Shown here piece after piece: positions 24,883 through 38,974 of a DNA stretch of 64,000 nucleotides. This stretch comes from Heterodontus francisci (taxonomy: Eukaryota). Position 1 is the first letter of the stretch, and each line of letters starts with the position of its first letter. The position numbers and the translations under genes were made by a program. The notes under the pieces were generated by a model. The model made no database searches and was not told the origin of the DNA. It saw only the letters and a program-made list of their open reading frames with translations. The DNA lies in the NCBI RefSeq assembly GCF_036365525.1, contig NC_090380.1, positions 24,268,406-24,332,405 on the forward strand, given 5' to 3'.

Positions 24883-24971
24883 TTATTGCTCACAGATGAG
24901 TGTTTCAACAGCAACACTGCTTTCAAAATGGCGAATTGTGAAACATTTCATTACATCTCGCTTTTGGATAC
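24883..24971 (-). CDS. ITM2B: ITM2B exon 6: (G)IQKRDVMKCFTIRHFESSVAVETLICEQ*; furin site and Bri peptide
   Basis: Acceptor ttttcag; matches the BRI2 C-terminus (IQKR..CF.IRHFE..AVETLIC); TAA stop. Confidence 0.95.
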
Positions 24972-27061
24972 CTGAAAAGAATTTCATTGAATAGATTATT
25001 TTATCTTCAGAATGTAGCCTACATCAATAGGAGCAACACAAACAAAAAGTCATTAAACAGTCTTTTATATTGAAAGCAAACATCATTCAGCATGCCATGC
25101 AGTGTTGGGGTATAGATTTACAGTTTCTACAGCCAGTTTGTAATTTGAGAAAATGTATTGCTCCAAAATAGAAGAGAAACAAGTCCACCTGGTCACAATC
25201 ACCTGAGGAACACAGTACAAAGAGTGAAGTTAACTCATGCAATCAGAACTTGAATTCTGACATGGGTGATGTGAACATAATTCAAACCCCAGCATATCTT
25301 TTTTGCAGTCTATAAACTAAGTCTTGGCACCACCTTGATATCTGGTCAGCTTCTATATTTATGAAGATTAAACAAGGGTCTACTTCATACTTGACTCAGA
25401 CCACTACTGTGCTGCTTGACTTGTAGATGGACATTTTCTCCAAGTTAAATTGGCATGGCTGAACCCATTCTGTTTGGCTCTGACCAAACCTTACTATTGG
25501 AGCCCAATTCCATTCCTCTCCCTAGCAGCATGCTCAAGATGAATACAATGGTATGGCAAGCTTGGTGTCCCATTTAGCCTTGGATGGAGTATCAAACCCA
25601 TCAAGACTGCCTATGAAAGATCACCCACTCCCTAAAATGCTCATCCATGCCCAGCACCTCCATGCTCAGTTATCCTCACTATTCTCCTGGGTTCCTAGCT
25701 AAGTAATTTGTCCAAAAACCCTGCTACCACATCCTATCCTAGCAACCAAAATTAAAAGTCAACTTAATTTACAAGTTTCCATATTCTGCCTAAATCTGAC
25801 CCCTCCTCTGGCCATTAAGGACAACCACATAACCCTCTGCTCTTCCCATTCTGACTTTTGCATTTTCTTTTGATAGAGTCTTCAACCAACTGAGTCCCTC
25901 TCAAACTTTCCTTTAACCCCTTGGCCTTGCTAGCAGCTTCCCCCCCCCATTCAAAAGCCTTCAGTCACCTCCTGTAATTGTTCTCTCCCAATCTTCTGCT
26001 TTCATTTGTGGCAATTATATTAATGGTACTGTATAAATGTCAGTTGCTGTACAACCTGACAGTTCAGTAGAAGCAAAAAACCCATTTGCAACATACTGGC
26101 TCAAAGAGCAGGTGGGTTAGTTCTTTTGTTTAATGACCTCACTTCCCAGCTAAAATCAAGGATCTGTACTTTTATATGACCTTCAATTCATCTTTATTGA
26201 CAATACAGAGGTCGAATTGTATTTTTAAGCAATAAGTTTGCAGTTAAAAGAATAAAAGGAACTTAAAAATTGGTCAATCCAACCTAAATTCCCAATACTA
26301 GACAGGAGTCAAACTCAGCAAAAAAAAGCAGAGTATGCCCATGCTTAGTCAATATTTTTGTAACCAGTCATAAGATTGTTTACTTTCTCCTCTTCACCAT
26401 GCAGCCCCTCCGCCCATAACCCCACCGCCCCCCCATCCCCCTTCAGGCAGATGGCAGCTCTGTTGTACCTCACCCAAATGGCCATTCCACACTCATGCCT
26501 AGATACAGACTGTCAGCAGGCTATTCAATTTAGAAGGGCACCACAACCACACTGCTCTTGTCCTCAGTGGACATTTACTTCCTGGACGATACTATTCAAA
26601 GGCCAATCAGCACAAACTCTGAATGACTTCCACCTCCTCCCAAGCCAGGATTGACATTATAACATCCACAATGACTGTAATCAGCTAAAGCACCAGAGAC
26701 CAGGAATCAAACCTACTACTTCCTGATCTGAAATTCCCAAACACCACAATAAATTTTTCTACTAAAAAGTGGTGAGATAGCACTTTATATTCAGCCAGTG
26801 CTAACGACCAACACCAAGTCAAGAGTAGATCAAAACACACATGGACAAACACCACTTAATTGTGAAGTAAATGTTCATTTTGACGCTGGTACTGGCAAAA
26901 CAGGCCAGTGAGAATAGTTGGCAGTATTATGGAATTCCCCAAGCATGGATACAATTTTGGTCCTTTACCAAGGAATATTACACTGCTCAAAAGGTAAAAC
27001 TGGGACAGTTAAAAAGCTGTCTTAATGTCTTGATTTTACATGACTATGTATATTAAATTAC

Positions 27062-27212
27062 CTTTTCCAAGCTCTCTGCGTTGAAGCTTGAAGGTCTCCT
27101 TTCCATGGCAAAGGCGAGAGATAAAGTATCCAAGCTCATCCACGTTTTCAACGTAATCAGTAACCATCATCTCTTCATGGATCAAGTAAGATTGGGGCAA
27201 GTACGTCCCAGC
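27062..27212 (-). CDS. ITM2B: ITM2B exon 5 (AGTYLPQSYLIHEEMMVTDYVENVDELGYFISRLCHGKETFKLQRRELGK), BRICHOS domain
   Basis: 151 nt, AG/GT boundaries, clear BRI2 similarity. Confidence 0.95.
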
Positions 27213-27557
27213 CTGTTCAATAGTTAATTGAGGACTTGTTTAAATTGAAACCAAAACTTGCAACGCAAGGCATATTTTGATAGGCAGTCTCAAAATATTT
27301 TACACCTCTTCACTATTCATTGATCCTAAATGAAAGTGCATGCATGGATATCAGATGAGAACAGAATTAGGCTCAGCCACAAGAATATCAAGACACACAT
27401 GAACATGCAAGCAAAATAACAGATGAAAACCAGAACCCTCAAAGAGGTAACATCTTCAGTAAAGGGGGGGGGAAAATGTTAGTATTTCACATCACTGCAT
27501 CATTTCTCGAAGTGGTCCCATTTAAAAAAAAATAAAATCTAACAATATTGTCTAAAA

Positions 27558-30500
27558 GTCAGAGGTTTACAGCACAGAAACAGGTCCTTCAGCCCAACGC
27601 ACCTGTGCTGACCATCAAGCACCCGTCCAAACTAATCCCATTTTCCCACACTTGGCCCGTAGCCTTGTATGCTCTGGCGTTTCAAGTGCTCATCTAAATA
27701 CTTCTTAAATGTTGAGCGTCCCTGCCTCTACCACCCCTTCAGGCAGTATGTTCCAGATTCCAACCACCCTCTGGGTGTAAAGTTTTTTCCTCAACTCCCC
27801 TCACCTTAAATCTATGACCCCTGGTTATTGACCCCTTCACTAAGGGAAAAAGTCTCTCCGATCTAACCTATCAATGCCCCTCAATTTTGCATACCTCATT
27901 CAGGTCCCCCCTCAGCCTTCTCTGCTCCAAGGAAAACAACCCTAGCCCATCTAGTCTCTCTTCATAACTGAAATGCTCCAGCTCATGCAACATTCTGGTT
28001 AATCACCTCTGCACCCTCTCCACTGCAATCACATCCTCCCTAGTGTGTTGACCAGAACTGTACACAGTACTCCAGCTGTGGCCTAACCAGCATTTTATAC
28101 AGCTCCATCATAACCTCCCTGATCTTATATTTATGCCTTGGCTAATAAAAGTATCCCATATGCCTTCCTAACCACCTTATCTACTTGTGCTGCTGCCTTC
28201 AGTGATGTATGGACAAGCACCCCAAGGTCCCTCTGATCCTCTGTACTCCCTAGGGTCCTACCATCCATTGTATATTCCATTGCCTTGTTAGTCCTCTCAA
28301 AGTGCATCACTGCACACTTCTCAGGGTTAAATTCCATCTGCCACTGCTCTGCCCATCTTACCAGCCCATCTATATCATCCTGTCATCTAAGGCTTTCCTC
28401 ACTATTTACGACACCAATTTTTGTGTCGTCTGTGAACTTAGATATTTTATATTCACGTCTAAATCATTAATGTACACTACAAACAGTAAGGGTTCCAGCA
28501 GCGATCCCTGCAGTATCCCACCAGTCACAGGCCTCCATTCACAGAAACAACCCTCGACCATCACCCTCTGCCTCCTTCCACTAAGCCAAATTTTGAATCC
28601 AATTTGCCAGATTACCTGGATCCCATGGGTTCTTACCTTCTTGACCAATCTCCCATGTGGGACCTTATCAAAAGCCTTACTGAAATCCATGTAGGCTACA
28701 TCAACTGCTTTACCCTCATCTACACATCTATTCACCTCCTCGAAAAATTCAATCAAGTTAGACATGATCACCCCCTGACAAAGTCATGCTGATTATCTCT
28801 GCCTCTCCAAGTGGAGATTAATCCTATCAGAATTTTTTCCAATAATTTTCCTACCACTGATGTTGTAGGCAGATGAGTCTAATTACCTGGTTTATCCCTA
28901 CTACCCTTCTTGAATAATGGTACCACATTCGCTGTCCTTTCGTCCTCTGGTACCTCTCCTCTGGCCAGAGAGGATTTGAAAATGTGTCATAGCCCCTATC
29001 TCCTCCCTTGCCTCATATAGCAGCCTGGGGATTTATCCACCTTGAAGCCCGCTAATACAGCTAATACTTCCTCCTTTGCAATGCTATCAAGTACATCACA
29101 AACCCCTTCCCTGATCACTCACCTACATCTTCCCTCTTCATAGTGAGCACAGATGAAAAGTAATCATTCAAAACCTCACCTATGTCCTCTGGCTCTACAC
29201 ACAGATTGCCTCTTTGATCCCTAATGGGCCCGTTTTTCCCTGGTTATCCTCCTGCCCTTAACATACTAAAAAAAAAACCCTGGGATTTTCTTTTATCTTG
29301 TCTGCCAGTGATTTTTCATGCCCCCTCTTCGCTTTAATTACTTTAAGTACTCCCCTACACTTTCTATACTCCTCTAGGGCCTCCACTGTTCTCAGCACTG
29401 AATTTGCCATAAGCCTCCTTTTTTTCCCCCTTATCCAATCCTCTATATGCCTTGACATCCATGGTTCCCTTGACCTGTTGGTCCTACTCTTCACCTTTAT
29501 GGGAACACATTGGACCTGAACACTCAATTTCCTTTCTGAATGACTCCCACTGGTCTGACGTAGACGTCTATACAAGAAGCTGCTCACGGCCAGATGCTGT
29601 TTTATCATATTGAAATCTGCCTTCTCCCAATTCAGTACTATGATTTCCAGTCCATCTTGGTCCTTTTCCATAACATTAAATCTTAGTTATTGTCACCATC
29701 ACTCCAACTGTTTGGAGGCCTGTAGTACACTCCCAGCCAAGTAACAGCCCCCTTTTTCTTTTTAAGTTCTACCCATATGGCCTCATTAGCAGAACCTTCT
29801 AAGATATCATCCCTCCTTACTGCAGTAATTGACTCGATCAACAGTGCAATGCCACGTCCTCTTTTTAACCCCCTCCCCTATCACATCTGAAGATTCTATA
29901 CCCTGGGATATTAAGCTGCCAGTCATACCCTTCCCTCAACCATGTCTCGGTGATAGCAATATCATAATCCCATGTGTTAATCAATGCCTCAATTCATTGG
30001 CCTTACTGGCAAGACTCTCTGCATTAAAATAGATACAATCCAGCCTTGCGTTATTGGATTGTGCCTCAACAGGTCTACATTTACTCTGCCCTCCAGATTG
30101 ACTTAGCTTCGCATTTATTTTTGATTGTACATCACCCCTTACTGTGCTTCCACTCTGTATCCCATCCCCCTGCCAAATTAGTTTAAACCACCTTGCCCCT
30201 GCACACCCACCCCCCCCCCCCCCCCACCCCACAGACAGCACTAGCAAACCTCCCAGCAAGAATGCTGGTCCCATTCCAGTTCAGGTGCAATCCATCCAAC
30301 TTCAACAGATCCCACCCTTTGCCAGAAACAGGCCCAGTGATCCAGGAAACTGAAGCCCTCCTTCCTGCACCATCTCCTCAACCATGCATTCATCCGCTCT
30401 AACCTCCTATTCATATACTCACTAGCCCGGGGCACCAGAAGAAACCCCAGATATTACAACCTTTGAGGTCCTACTTTTTGATCTGCTACCTAGCTCCCTA

Positions 30501-31300
30501 AATTCTTTTTGCAGGACCTCATCCCTCTTTCTACCTGGGTCATTGGTAGCAACGTGGACCACGACCTCCAGCTGTGCAGCTTCACCCTCCAGAATACTCA
30601 GTCAGTGATATCCAAGACCCTTGCGCCAGGGAGGCAACATACCATCCTGGAATCATGTCCACAATCACAGAAATGCCTCTGTTCTTCTAACCACAGAATC
30701 CACTACCACCATTGCCCTCTTGTCCCTTTTTTTCCATCCCAGCACCGATATTCCAGTTTTGACTCAGTGCATTCTCCAGAGGAATGCTCTTTCCCATCGG
30801 TACCCAGAACTGAATACCGGTTAGAAAGTGGGATGTCCTCTGGGGACTCTTGCACTACCTGCCCTGACTTCTTGGCCTGTCTGGCAGCCACCCAATCACC
30901 CCTCGACTGTGCTTGCCCAGGCACCAGCTTATTTCAACTAGCAAGCACCAGCTCGACTACCTCCTGAAACGAGCGATCCACGTAGTACTCCACCTCGCAG
31001 ATGTGCCACCGTGACTCCAGCTGCCGCTCGAACTCCAAAACCTGAAACTCAAGCTTCTGCAACCGCAGACATGTTCGCCAAGGTCACATGGCACATCCAT
31101 GATTTCCCACATTGCAAAGGAAGTACATTCTGCTTGGCCAAGCTGCTGTACCATTACTCAACTTTATAATGAAAACTTGCTAGTTGAAATAATTAGCAGC
31201 AATTTACAATCAGCTTTTATCCCCTGCACCTTTGAGGCTGAGAAAGAAAAAGACCAAAGAGCACCTTCCACCACCCCAGCCAATGAAGACACCCACACTT
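27558..31300 (-). mobile_element. Near full-length decayed CR1 LINE (ORF1 zinc finger/esterase, EN, RT) in ITM2B intron 4
   Basis: ORF1 remnants (ECTSFAMWE, IPLSNRYSVL, NAWLRRWCRKEGFSFLDHW) and RT (YMDFSKAFDKVPH, MEFNPEKC). Confidence 0.85.
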
Positions 31301-34300
31301 AACTTACAGCCTCACTCCATGCAAACAGCACTAGTATAGCCAGTAAATAATTTGCAGGTAGTTATCCTCAGGCTTTAATTTAAAAAAGGAACTTTTTTTT
31401 TTTTTAACTCCAATCTCAGCTATCCATATGCAGTAACAGCTGCCACCCACTGATCAATCAGCACACAATTAGTGATGTCACTATTCTATTTCTCACACTA
31501 AATCCAAACAGAGCGTGCGCAGAAACAGTCAGAGAGCCTGCCGCTGCCCTGGTCGTCAGGCAAGTGAAGGGCCTCGAGCCCCGCTCTTTCCTTTATCGGT
31601 CTACTTCCAGTACCAACTCCTTCCAGATCCACCACTGCCCCAGATTTCAGGTTAGATGTTAAAATTCTGAGTAGCAACTTCAAACTTTCATTCAAAAAGC
31701 ATACAAGAAACAAAATTCCCTTGAACTGCAGAACACATGTCAAGGCAAAAGCAGGCTGTGTTTAACTCTGGATTTGTTTGAGCAGAGTGTTTTTGGGCAT
31801 ACGAAACTCAGTGGACTTTGAAAATGCCAGCCCTGTTTTTGTTATGTGCCCTATAAATACATGGCCTCCCAATAAACAAATTTCTAGGAATTTATTTTTT
31901 TTTTTTAAATAGGCAAACACCATTTTGTACAGGTAATTTGTGAACCACATTTCAACTGTGCATAGAATCAGAAATCACTGCATTTCAATTGTTCTCAGGT
32001 GGTGAGGAAATAAGGTCGATGGAGGAAAACAAATCTCATTCAGATCATAAAAGGACAACACAGTAAGAGGCCTTCAGTCCACTGTGCCCCTACTGGTGCT
32101 ATTTCTTCAAATGCAGTTGTCTCCTTTAATCCCACTTCTCAACATTTCTCATTTAAATATTTTCTCTTTCCAAATGCTTTTAAATTCTCTCAGGTTATGT
32201 TGTAGTCTGTCCAAATAGTCCCTTGCTGTGAAGCATCACATATTCTAATAACCCAATGTAATAAAAGTTCCAATTTCCCCCTCCATTCTTATAATCCTCA
32301 CTATTACACCTCCTTATTACCAATTTGCCAATGAAAAGAAAGTGTTATTTACCATGTAAAAGTTGATAAAGGTATTGATTGGCCCTGTAGCAAATAGGGC
32401 ATTACTCTGCATCTTGCATCCCCACAGAACAGTTGGTTTCAGAGACCATGTTATATTTTAAAATATTGCATAAGACCCAATCAAGGTGAATCTACTCCAA
32501 CTAGTGGAAAGCAACTTTTAAATTTAGAGTCCAGATGGTCCACTGTACTTTTAATCTTATAGAAAAATAGCCAGAACAAAGTGACTCCTCTATACCCTAC
32601 AAATTCAATTTACTTGTGAGCAGACTTTATTCTGCTTGTAGGTTTAAATACTCACACTCCCCCAGACTAGAGACCTCCATATCACACCATGCTGTCCCCA
32701 TGCACTACTGTAAAAGGGTAGGCACATGTACTATCACTTCTGTATCAAAGCAAAAACAGAATTTTCAGAATATCTTATGAAGATGGCAGTATATTTCTGG
32801 CATCAGGTCCCAATCTCCCACTCAAACACACTAAAGCAGTGAAGTGTGATGATACCTCTAATCAGCAGCCATGTGGCAAATTCTAACTTGAGTAATTTCC
32901 ATGCAAAACAAAGTTATGACAAACATGAGAAACTGGAAACTCCCAACTCTCAATGTTAAACAACCGATTAGAAAGCAGAGTTCTATGCAGGCAGTCAAAT
33001 GCACACCCACAAAGCTTGTGTTGTGCAATTCCCTAAAAATTAAACTGAGCAATATTATTCCATATTGCTCTGACATCAATCTGAAGCAGGTAGCTACAGT
33101 GTAATGACAGCCCAAAAGAGGATTTGCCATCTGAGGGCCAGTCACAAAAATCCCCTAAAGACCTGTAATTACCAAAAAGAAATGTGGACCTTGGATACCC
33201 ATTTGAATACTTCTAGCTGGATTTGCATACTGAACTCAATGAGGATCATGTCAATGACAAAAGAAAACTATAGCATTTAATAATCAGTTGGAACAGTGAT
33301 AAATTAAAATCACAAACTGATTCCAGCAGCAGTGGCCATTTGGGGTGTAAGTTTTAGAAATTAAGAATGACATTCTTGAGGACCTCAACTAATTTAAAAA
33401 GTAGTATTTCCTGTTTTAAAACAGTATAATCAGATCTGGATCTTCCTCCAAAGACATTGAATTAAAATTTGCCAACACCCAATTCTGTATTTACCTCAAG
33501 CAAGTTTGCATATAGAAGGGTGAAAGTCATTTAGCTGATATTATGCCTTAACCAACATCCTCGGGATAACATATAAGGGGAAAAAAATCTAATTGTATAA
33601 GTGCATTTGTATTAAGTGAATTGCAGTAATTACCATTATCCAATGTATAAGAATTAGATTTCATAATTTCATCAGTTACTATTACCAGCCCATCAACTTG
33701 CTCAACTACAATCCACCTTGCATGGGACTACTCTTACTGCCAGATTACCCTCGCTTCTCCCAACAATTACTCCCCCCAAGAGAAAGTGTCATCTAATCAC
33801 TACTTCCTGATATACCGAATCTTCTCTTGCTCTTCTCTATTGCTGGGCCTTGGTCCTTACTTAGGTTTCTCAAAGCTACCCTTTTCAGTTCTTGGTATTC
33901 GCAAGTTTTTATTTTTAAACAAATAAAAAATCTTCCAGAACATTTTACACAAACCATAAAAATTAGGGGCGGAGCAAAAGACCCACTGAGTGGAGGGTGA
34001 GCAGGAGGCAAGTTCAACAAGCATCATTTATAGAAGACAGTCAATAGGGAATGGAGAAAATGAAACCTTGCAAGTCAATCTATACGTTAGTTAATATATA
34101 ATTTCAATGAACAAATAATCTACAAATGGAAATGCTCTCAACACACCAATATTGAGACAAGGAATTGGAGTAATATACAATAGCATTTGTTGAATGCGAA
34201 AACTATTATGGCATGGTTCAACAGTTGCCAGCTGTAGTATCTCACTTAAGTCTTCCTTCACATGGCCCAAGAGTAACAAATTAAAGCTATGGGGGCTTCA

Positions 34301-34551
34301 ACTAGCATTCACAAATACACTCAAGTAGTCAATGGATAGTTAGCATTTTCTCGTTTTTCTTGTTCCCTTGCCTCAAGTTTGACAACAGGCCAACTGTCAT
34401 ACTATTGTTATCCCAGTCAAGGTTGTTCTGGACCACATTAAGCAGGGGTCAAATTCAAGAACTACCTTATGGAGAACCACACAATCGACTAGGAGAATCA
34501 AGAATTTGGATATATTTTTCAAACTTAGCACTTTTCAAATGACCTGGGCTA

Positions 34552-34743
<192 letters not shown>

Positions 34744-35074
34744 CTAGGGAAGAAATATATTTTATATAGAGCACTCAAGCCAACTTCTGTTTAACATGCA
34801 AACCATTTTAGATTTGCAGGACAACTAGACTGAAAAACACAATGTTTTGTTAAACCATAATTAGTTGGGACTTCAACACCAACACAATCTATTTGCATAA
34901 CTAAATTTGTTTATATTTGGACTAAAAAAATCATTTTTGCATACATGTAATTTAAAAAATCTGAAATCTGATCACAAAATACTTAAAACACAATGAAGTG
35001 TACCTCAAAAAAAAATTTAAATTTGTAGAACAATTTTATAAAAAAAGCACATCAATACAGCAATTAATACATGC

Positions 35075-35284
35075 CCTGTGGAAATCATGAACAATATCTG
35101 CTGGATCACCATCAGCAAATTCTGGCACAAGAACATTGATCAGTTCAACTCCATCGTCCTCCAGGATCCGAATGTTTTCTTCAATGGATTGGTATGGAGC
35201 TACTTGTGGGTCAGCATCAATATCTGGGACAAGATAGTCTTTAGGATCACTGTACTTGAGGCCACAAAAGAAAACTTCACCTTC
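35075..35284 (-). CDS. ITM2B: ITM2B exon 3 (EGEVFFCGLKY...VPEFADGDPADIVHDFHR)
   Basis: Lies inside ORF 35036-35308; ttacag acceptor; staying in frame with exon 4 requires a GC donor (AGG|GCATGT). Confidence 0.9.
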
Positions 35285-36789
35285 CTGTAAGAAATTAACA
35301 TGAAACAATCAATGTTAAAATTTCATTGTAATCCTATTAAAATTAGATGTGGGTTTTATTATTTTTGCCAGAGAAAGGATCCATGATCCAAGGAGCAGGT
35401 GTTCAAGAGAACACTGAATGGAATTCAAAGAACCCCCAAACCATCGCTGGATGATTAATACAGCTGGATAAAACAATAGTAGAATTCTAGTATGGGTTAT
35501 AGCTAATATTGTCGTTTGCTCTTGTGCCAAAAGCATACTGAAGTCAGAAATTAGCATCAGAATAGCTGCATGTAGTGACCAAATACTCATTTAGCAGCTG
35601 AGTATGATCAAGTTAAATGGAAGCAATTCTCAAGTTTCTAACAACTTACATAGTTCGGCTGCAAATGTGATTCGCGTTCAGCCTTTTGACTATGTTTGAA
35701 ATGCTGAGTGGTTCAAAAGGTGCAGATGCATTGCAAACTATTAATATGAGCATCTGTACAGTTTATCCTGGTCACTCCTCATTATGCTTTTCTTTCCATT
35801 CATACTAAAATGTGGAATTTTGGGGAGTATGTCATTCCGAAGGAGCTTGTGTTACAAACATGCACCAATTGTTCTATGACTCCTTTAGCAGGTGGGGAAG
35901 ACAGGAAAGATTTAATTTAGCCATACTGAAGACTCAGCACAGTTGGAAGATTTTAAAACCATTTCCTTCCACCACCAGTGGTGTGATCACTGGTGCAACA
36001 AATCCTACTCTGTTTAAGTTTTCCTGCTCAATTATTTGTTTTTCAAAATATGCCGTAATATTCAAAATACACAATACAACCATACAGGCTTGTAATATGC
36101 TGGGAAAACACTGCAAGCAGAGTGGAGCATACATGACAAAAATCCTCCCTTATTTGTTGAAATGAAAAGCACAATTTTCAGGCTCACCGACAGGTTATCG
36201 TGGGTTGGAAAATCCAACCTTTAACCTCGTATACTCTATTCCTGTAGCACCTGATCATTTTTAAAAGTGGATAAATGCCCAGGCCTCCGGAGTAAATTGG
36301 AATCAAAGATCAGCAGGAACAATGGACTGCCTTTAAAGGGGAGATAGTTCAGGTACAGTCGAGGTACGTTCCCATGAGAGGGAAAGGTCAGAGCTCCCTG
36401 GAGGAGGAAAGCAAGTGAGCAAAATGAAGCAGAAAGAGGGCGTGTATGACAGTTGATAATACAAGTGAGAACAGGGCTGAATATAGAAAGTTCAGAGGGT
36501 AAGTGGAAAAGGAAATACGAGAGGCAAAGAGAGTATGAAGACTGGCAGCTAACATGAAGGGGAACCCAATGTTAATCTGTTAATTGTGCATCAATTCTTT
36601 AATTATATGCAAGTGCAGGGTGTTAATTGGGGTTTTACTTGAGCACTTATAAGCAGACACTTACTGAGATTGGGAGGTTTTTTGCTGTGTTAGTTATCCT
36701 TTTACTCTGTACAATAAATATGAAACTGAGTGAAGATAAGCCTCAGTATAATCCTTCCACAACAAGCTTTCTAGAATTTAGCACCCAAA

Positions 36790-37890
36790 AGTACACCCAA
36801 ACAGCATTTGAAGTGCCAGAACAGGTTTGTCAGCAAAGTTAAAGCCCATGGAATAAAAAAAAGGACAGTGGCAGTATGGATACAAAGTTGGATGCATGAC
36901 AGGATGGCAGTGAACAGTGGTTTTTTGGATTGGAAGGTTTGCAGTGAAATTCCCAGGGGTTGGTATTAGGACCACTCCTTTTCTTGACCTATATTAATGA
37001 CTTTGGTTTGCAGAGCACAATTTCAAAATTTGCAGATGACATAGAACTTCTAAGTACTGCAAACTATGTCGAGGATAGGGATAAACTAAGACAGGCAGGT
37101 GGAATAGGCAGACACATGGCAGATAAAATTTAATGCAGAGAAAGGTGAAGTGATACATTCTGGTAGGAAGAACAAGGAGGCACAATATAAAATAAAGCAT
37201 TCAATTCTAAAGAGGAACAAAGGGAACTGGGGGTTTAATGCGCACAAATCATTGAAGTTGGAAGGGCAGGTTGAGAAAGTGGTTAAAAAGACATACAAGG
37301 GATCCCAAGCTTTTTAAAAGAGGCATTACAGGATACAAAAATCAAGGAAGGTTTTGTAAACCTTTAAAGAAGTGCTGGTTCGGCCCCAACTGGGGTATTG
37401 TGTCCAATTTTAAGCATTTCACTTTAGGATGGGTGTGAAGGCATTAGAGAGGGTGCAGAAACAATTTACAAGAATGGTTTCAAGGATGAGGGTCTTTACT
37501 TACATGGATAGAGTGGAGAAACTGGGGGCAGTTCTCTTTGAAGAGAAGGTTGAGAGGATATTTGTTAGATGTTCAAAATTGAGGGGTCTGGACAAATTAG
37601 AGATAAACTGTTCCTATTTTGGGAGTGGAGGGGGGGGCGAGAGAAGGTCAAGAACCAAAGGACACTGATTTAAGGTGAATGGCAAAAGAGCCAACAGCAA
37701 CATGAGAAGCCTTTAAATGCAGCAAGTGACTAGGATCTGGAATGCACTGCCAGAGTGTGTGGTGGAAACAAATTCAATTGTGGCTTTGAAAGGGAATTAA
37801 ATATCTGGAGAAAAAATTTGATGGGCTCCAAGGAAAGGGCTGGGGAGTGGGAATAGCCAAGTTGTTCCTGGAGAGAGCCAGCACAGACAC
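36790..37890 (+). mobile_element. Decayed CR1 3' fragment
   Basis: RT C-terminal remnants (KALERVQKQFTRM) and CR1 3'UTR. Confidence 0.75.
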
Positions 37891-38974
37891 AAGCCAGTGG
37901 TTGCAGCAGAGAAGGAGACCATTTTACGATATTATGCTGCCAACTTTGAATTTCGGATCTATAAATCAGAAAATGCGGCCAAAGATACAGCAATCAGCTG
38001 GAAACCTTTGAGGAAGTGTTAATTTGATGTGACATCATGGTCGACCATAAAAATGCTGTTTAATGCTGCTCTGAATAGCGGGAAACCCTTTATGCGAACT
38101 TCTAAGTGTTATTCCTTACTTCTCCCTTTCTCGGATGGCAGAGATTCTCACTGAGGCATAGCTCCTTCACATAAGAGACCAAGGGATTTTTCACATGGTA
38201 AAGTCTTGGAATAACTTCATCCTTGCACTACAAATTTAAAATTCCAGCTCAAGTTTTTTTTTAAAAACCTTCATATTTTGTTTTTAAAAAGTAGCAGTGC
38301 ATAAATTTGTACTTTCCTTTGGAGAATACTAACATTTTATGTTAAAGGCTTTGAGGAATGGGACATGACGCTTTGTCTTAAATTGTGTCAACAATCCAAA
38401 GCAAAAGTTTATAAACATATATTCCACATACAAAAAAAAATATTGTATTTTAAGGCTCCCAGTGGTAAAGTGAATGTGTAACTAAGCCATTTGGAACAGG
38501 AGGTCTCAGATTCAATACCAAGGTTTGACTTGGCTGTACCAATTTAGGAGATCTGCAATCAAATGGAAATAAGGGTGCAACAATTCATCTCAGCTAGGTG
38601 CAGGTGGGAAAAAGGCAGTCAGCTGGGCTACTGCCTGCTATAAAGTGCAAGTAGGTATCAGGCAAGAACAGGATCAAGCTTGTTTGAAACATTGCTAAAT
38701 AGCCCAATTATGTCTCGGTTCAGCAGCATAGAAGGGAATGGGAATTGCACCTCAGCAGGAGTCTGATACCTTCAGGAGAAATTGGCAAAAACAGTTCTAC
38801 GTAGTGTTCACATTTCTTCTGATATAGTGCAAGAAGTGCACGAACAATTCAACAAAACATTACTATAAATTGAACATTTTTAAAAACTGGAGAACAGCAG
38901 GATCTAATTTTTGCCCTCAGACAATTCAGGTGGTACTTATGATTCTATGACTGTGGCTACCAGTCACAACAGTA

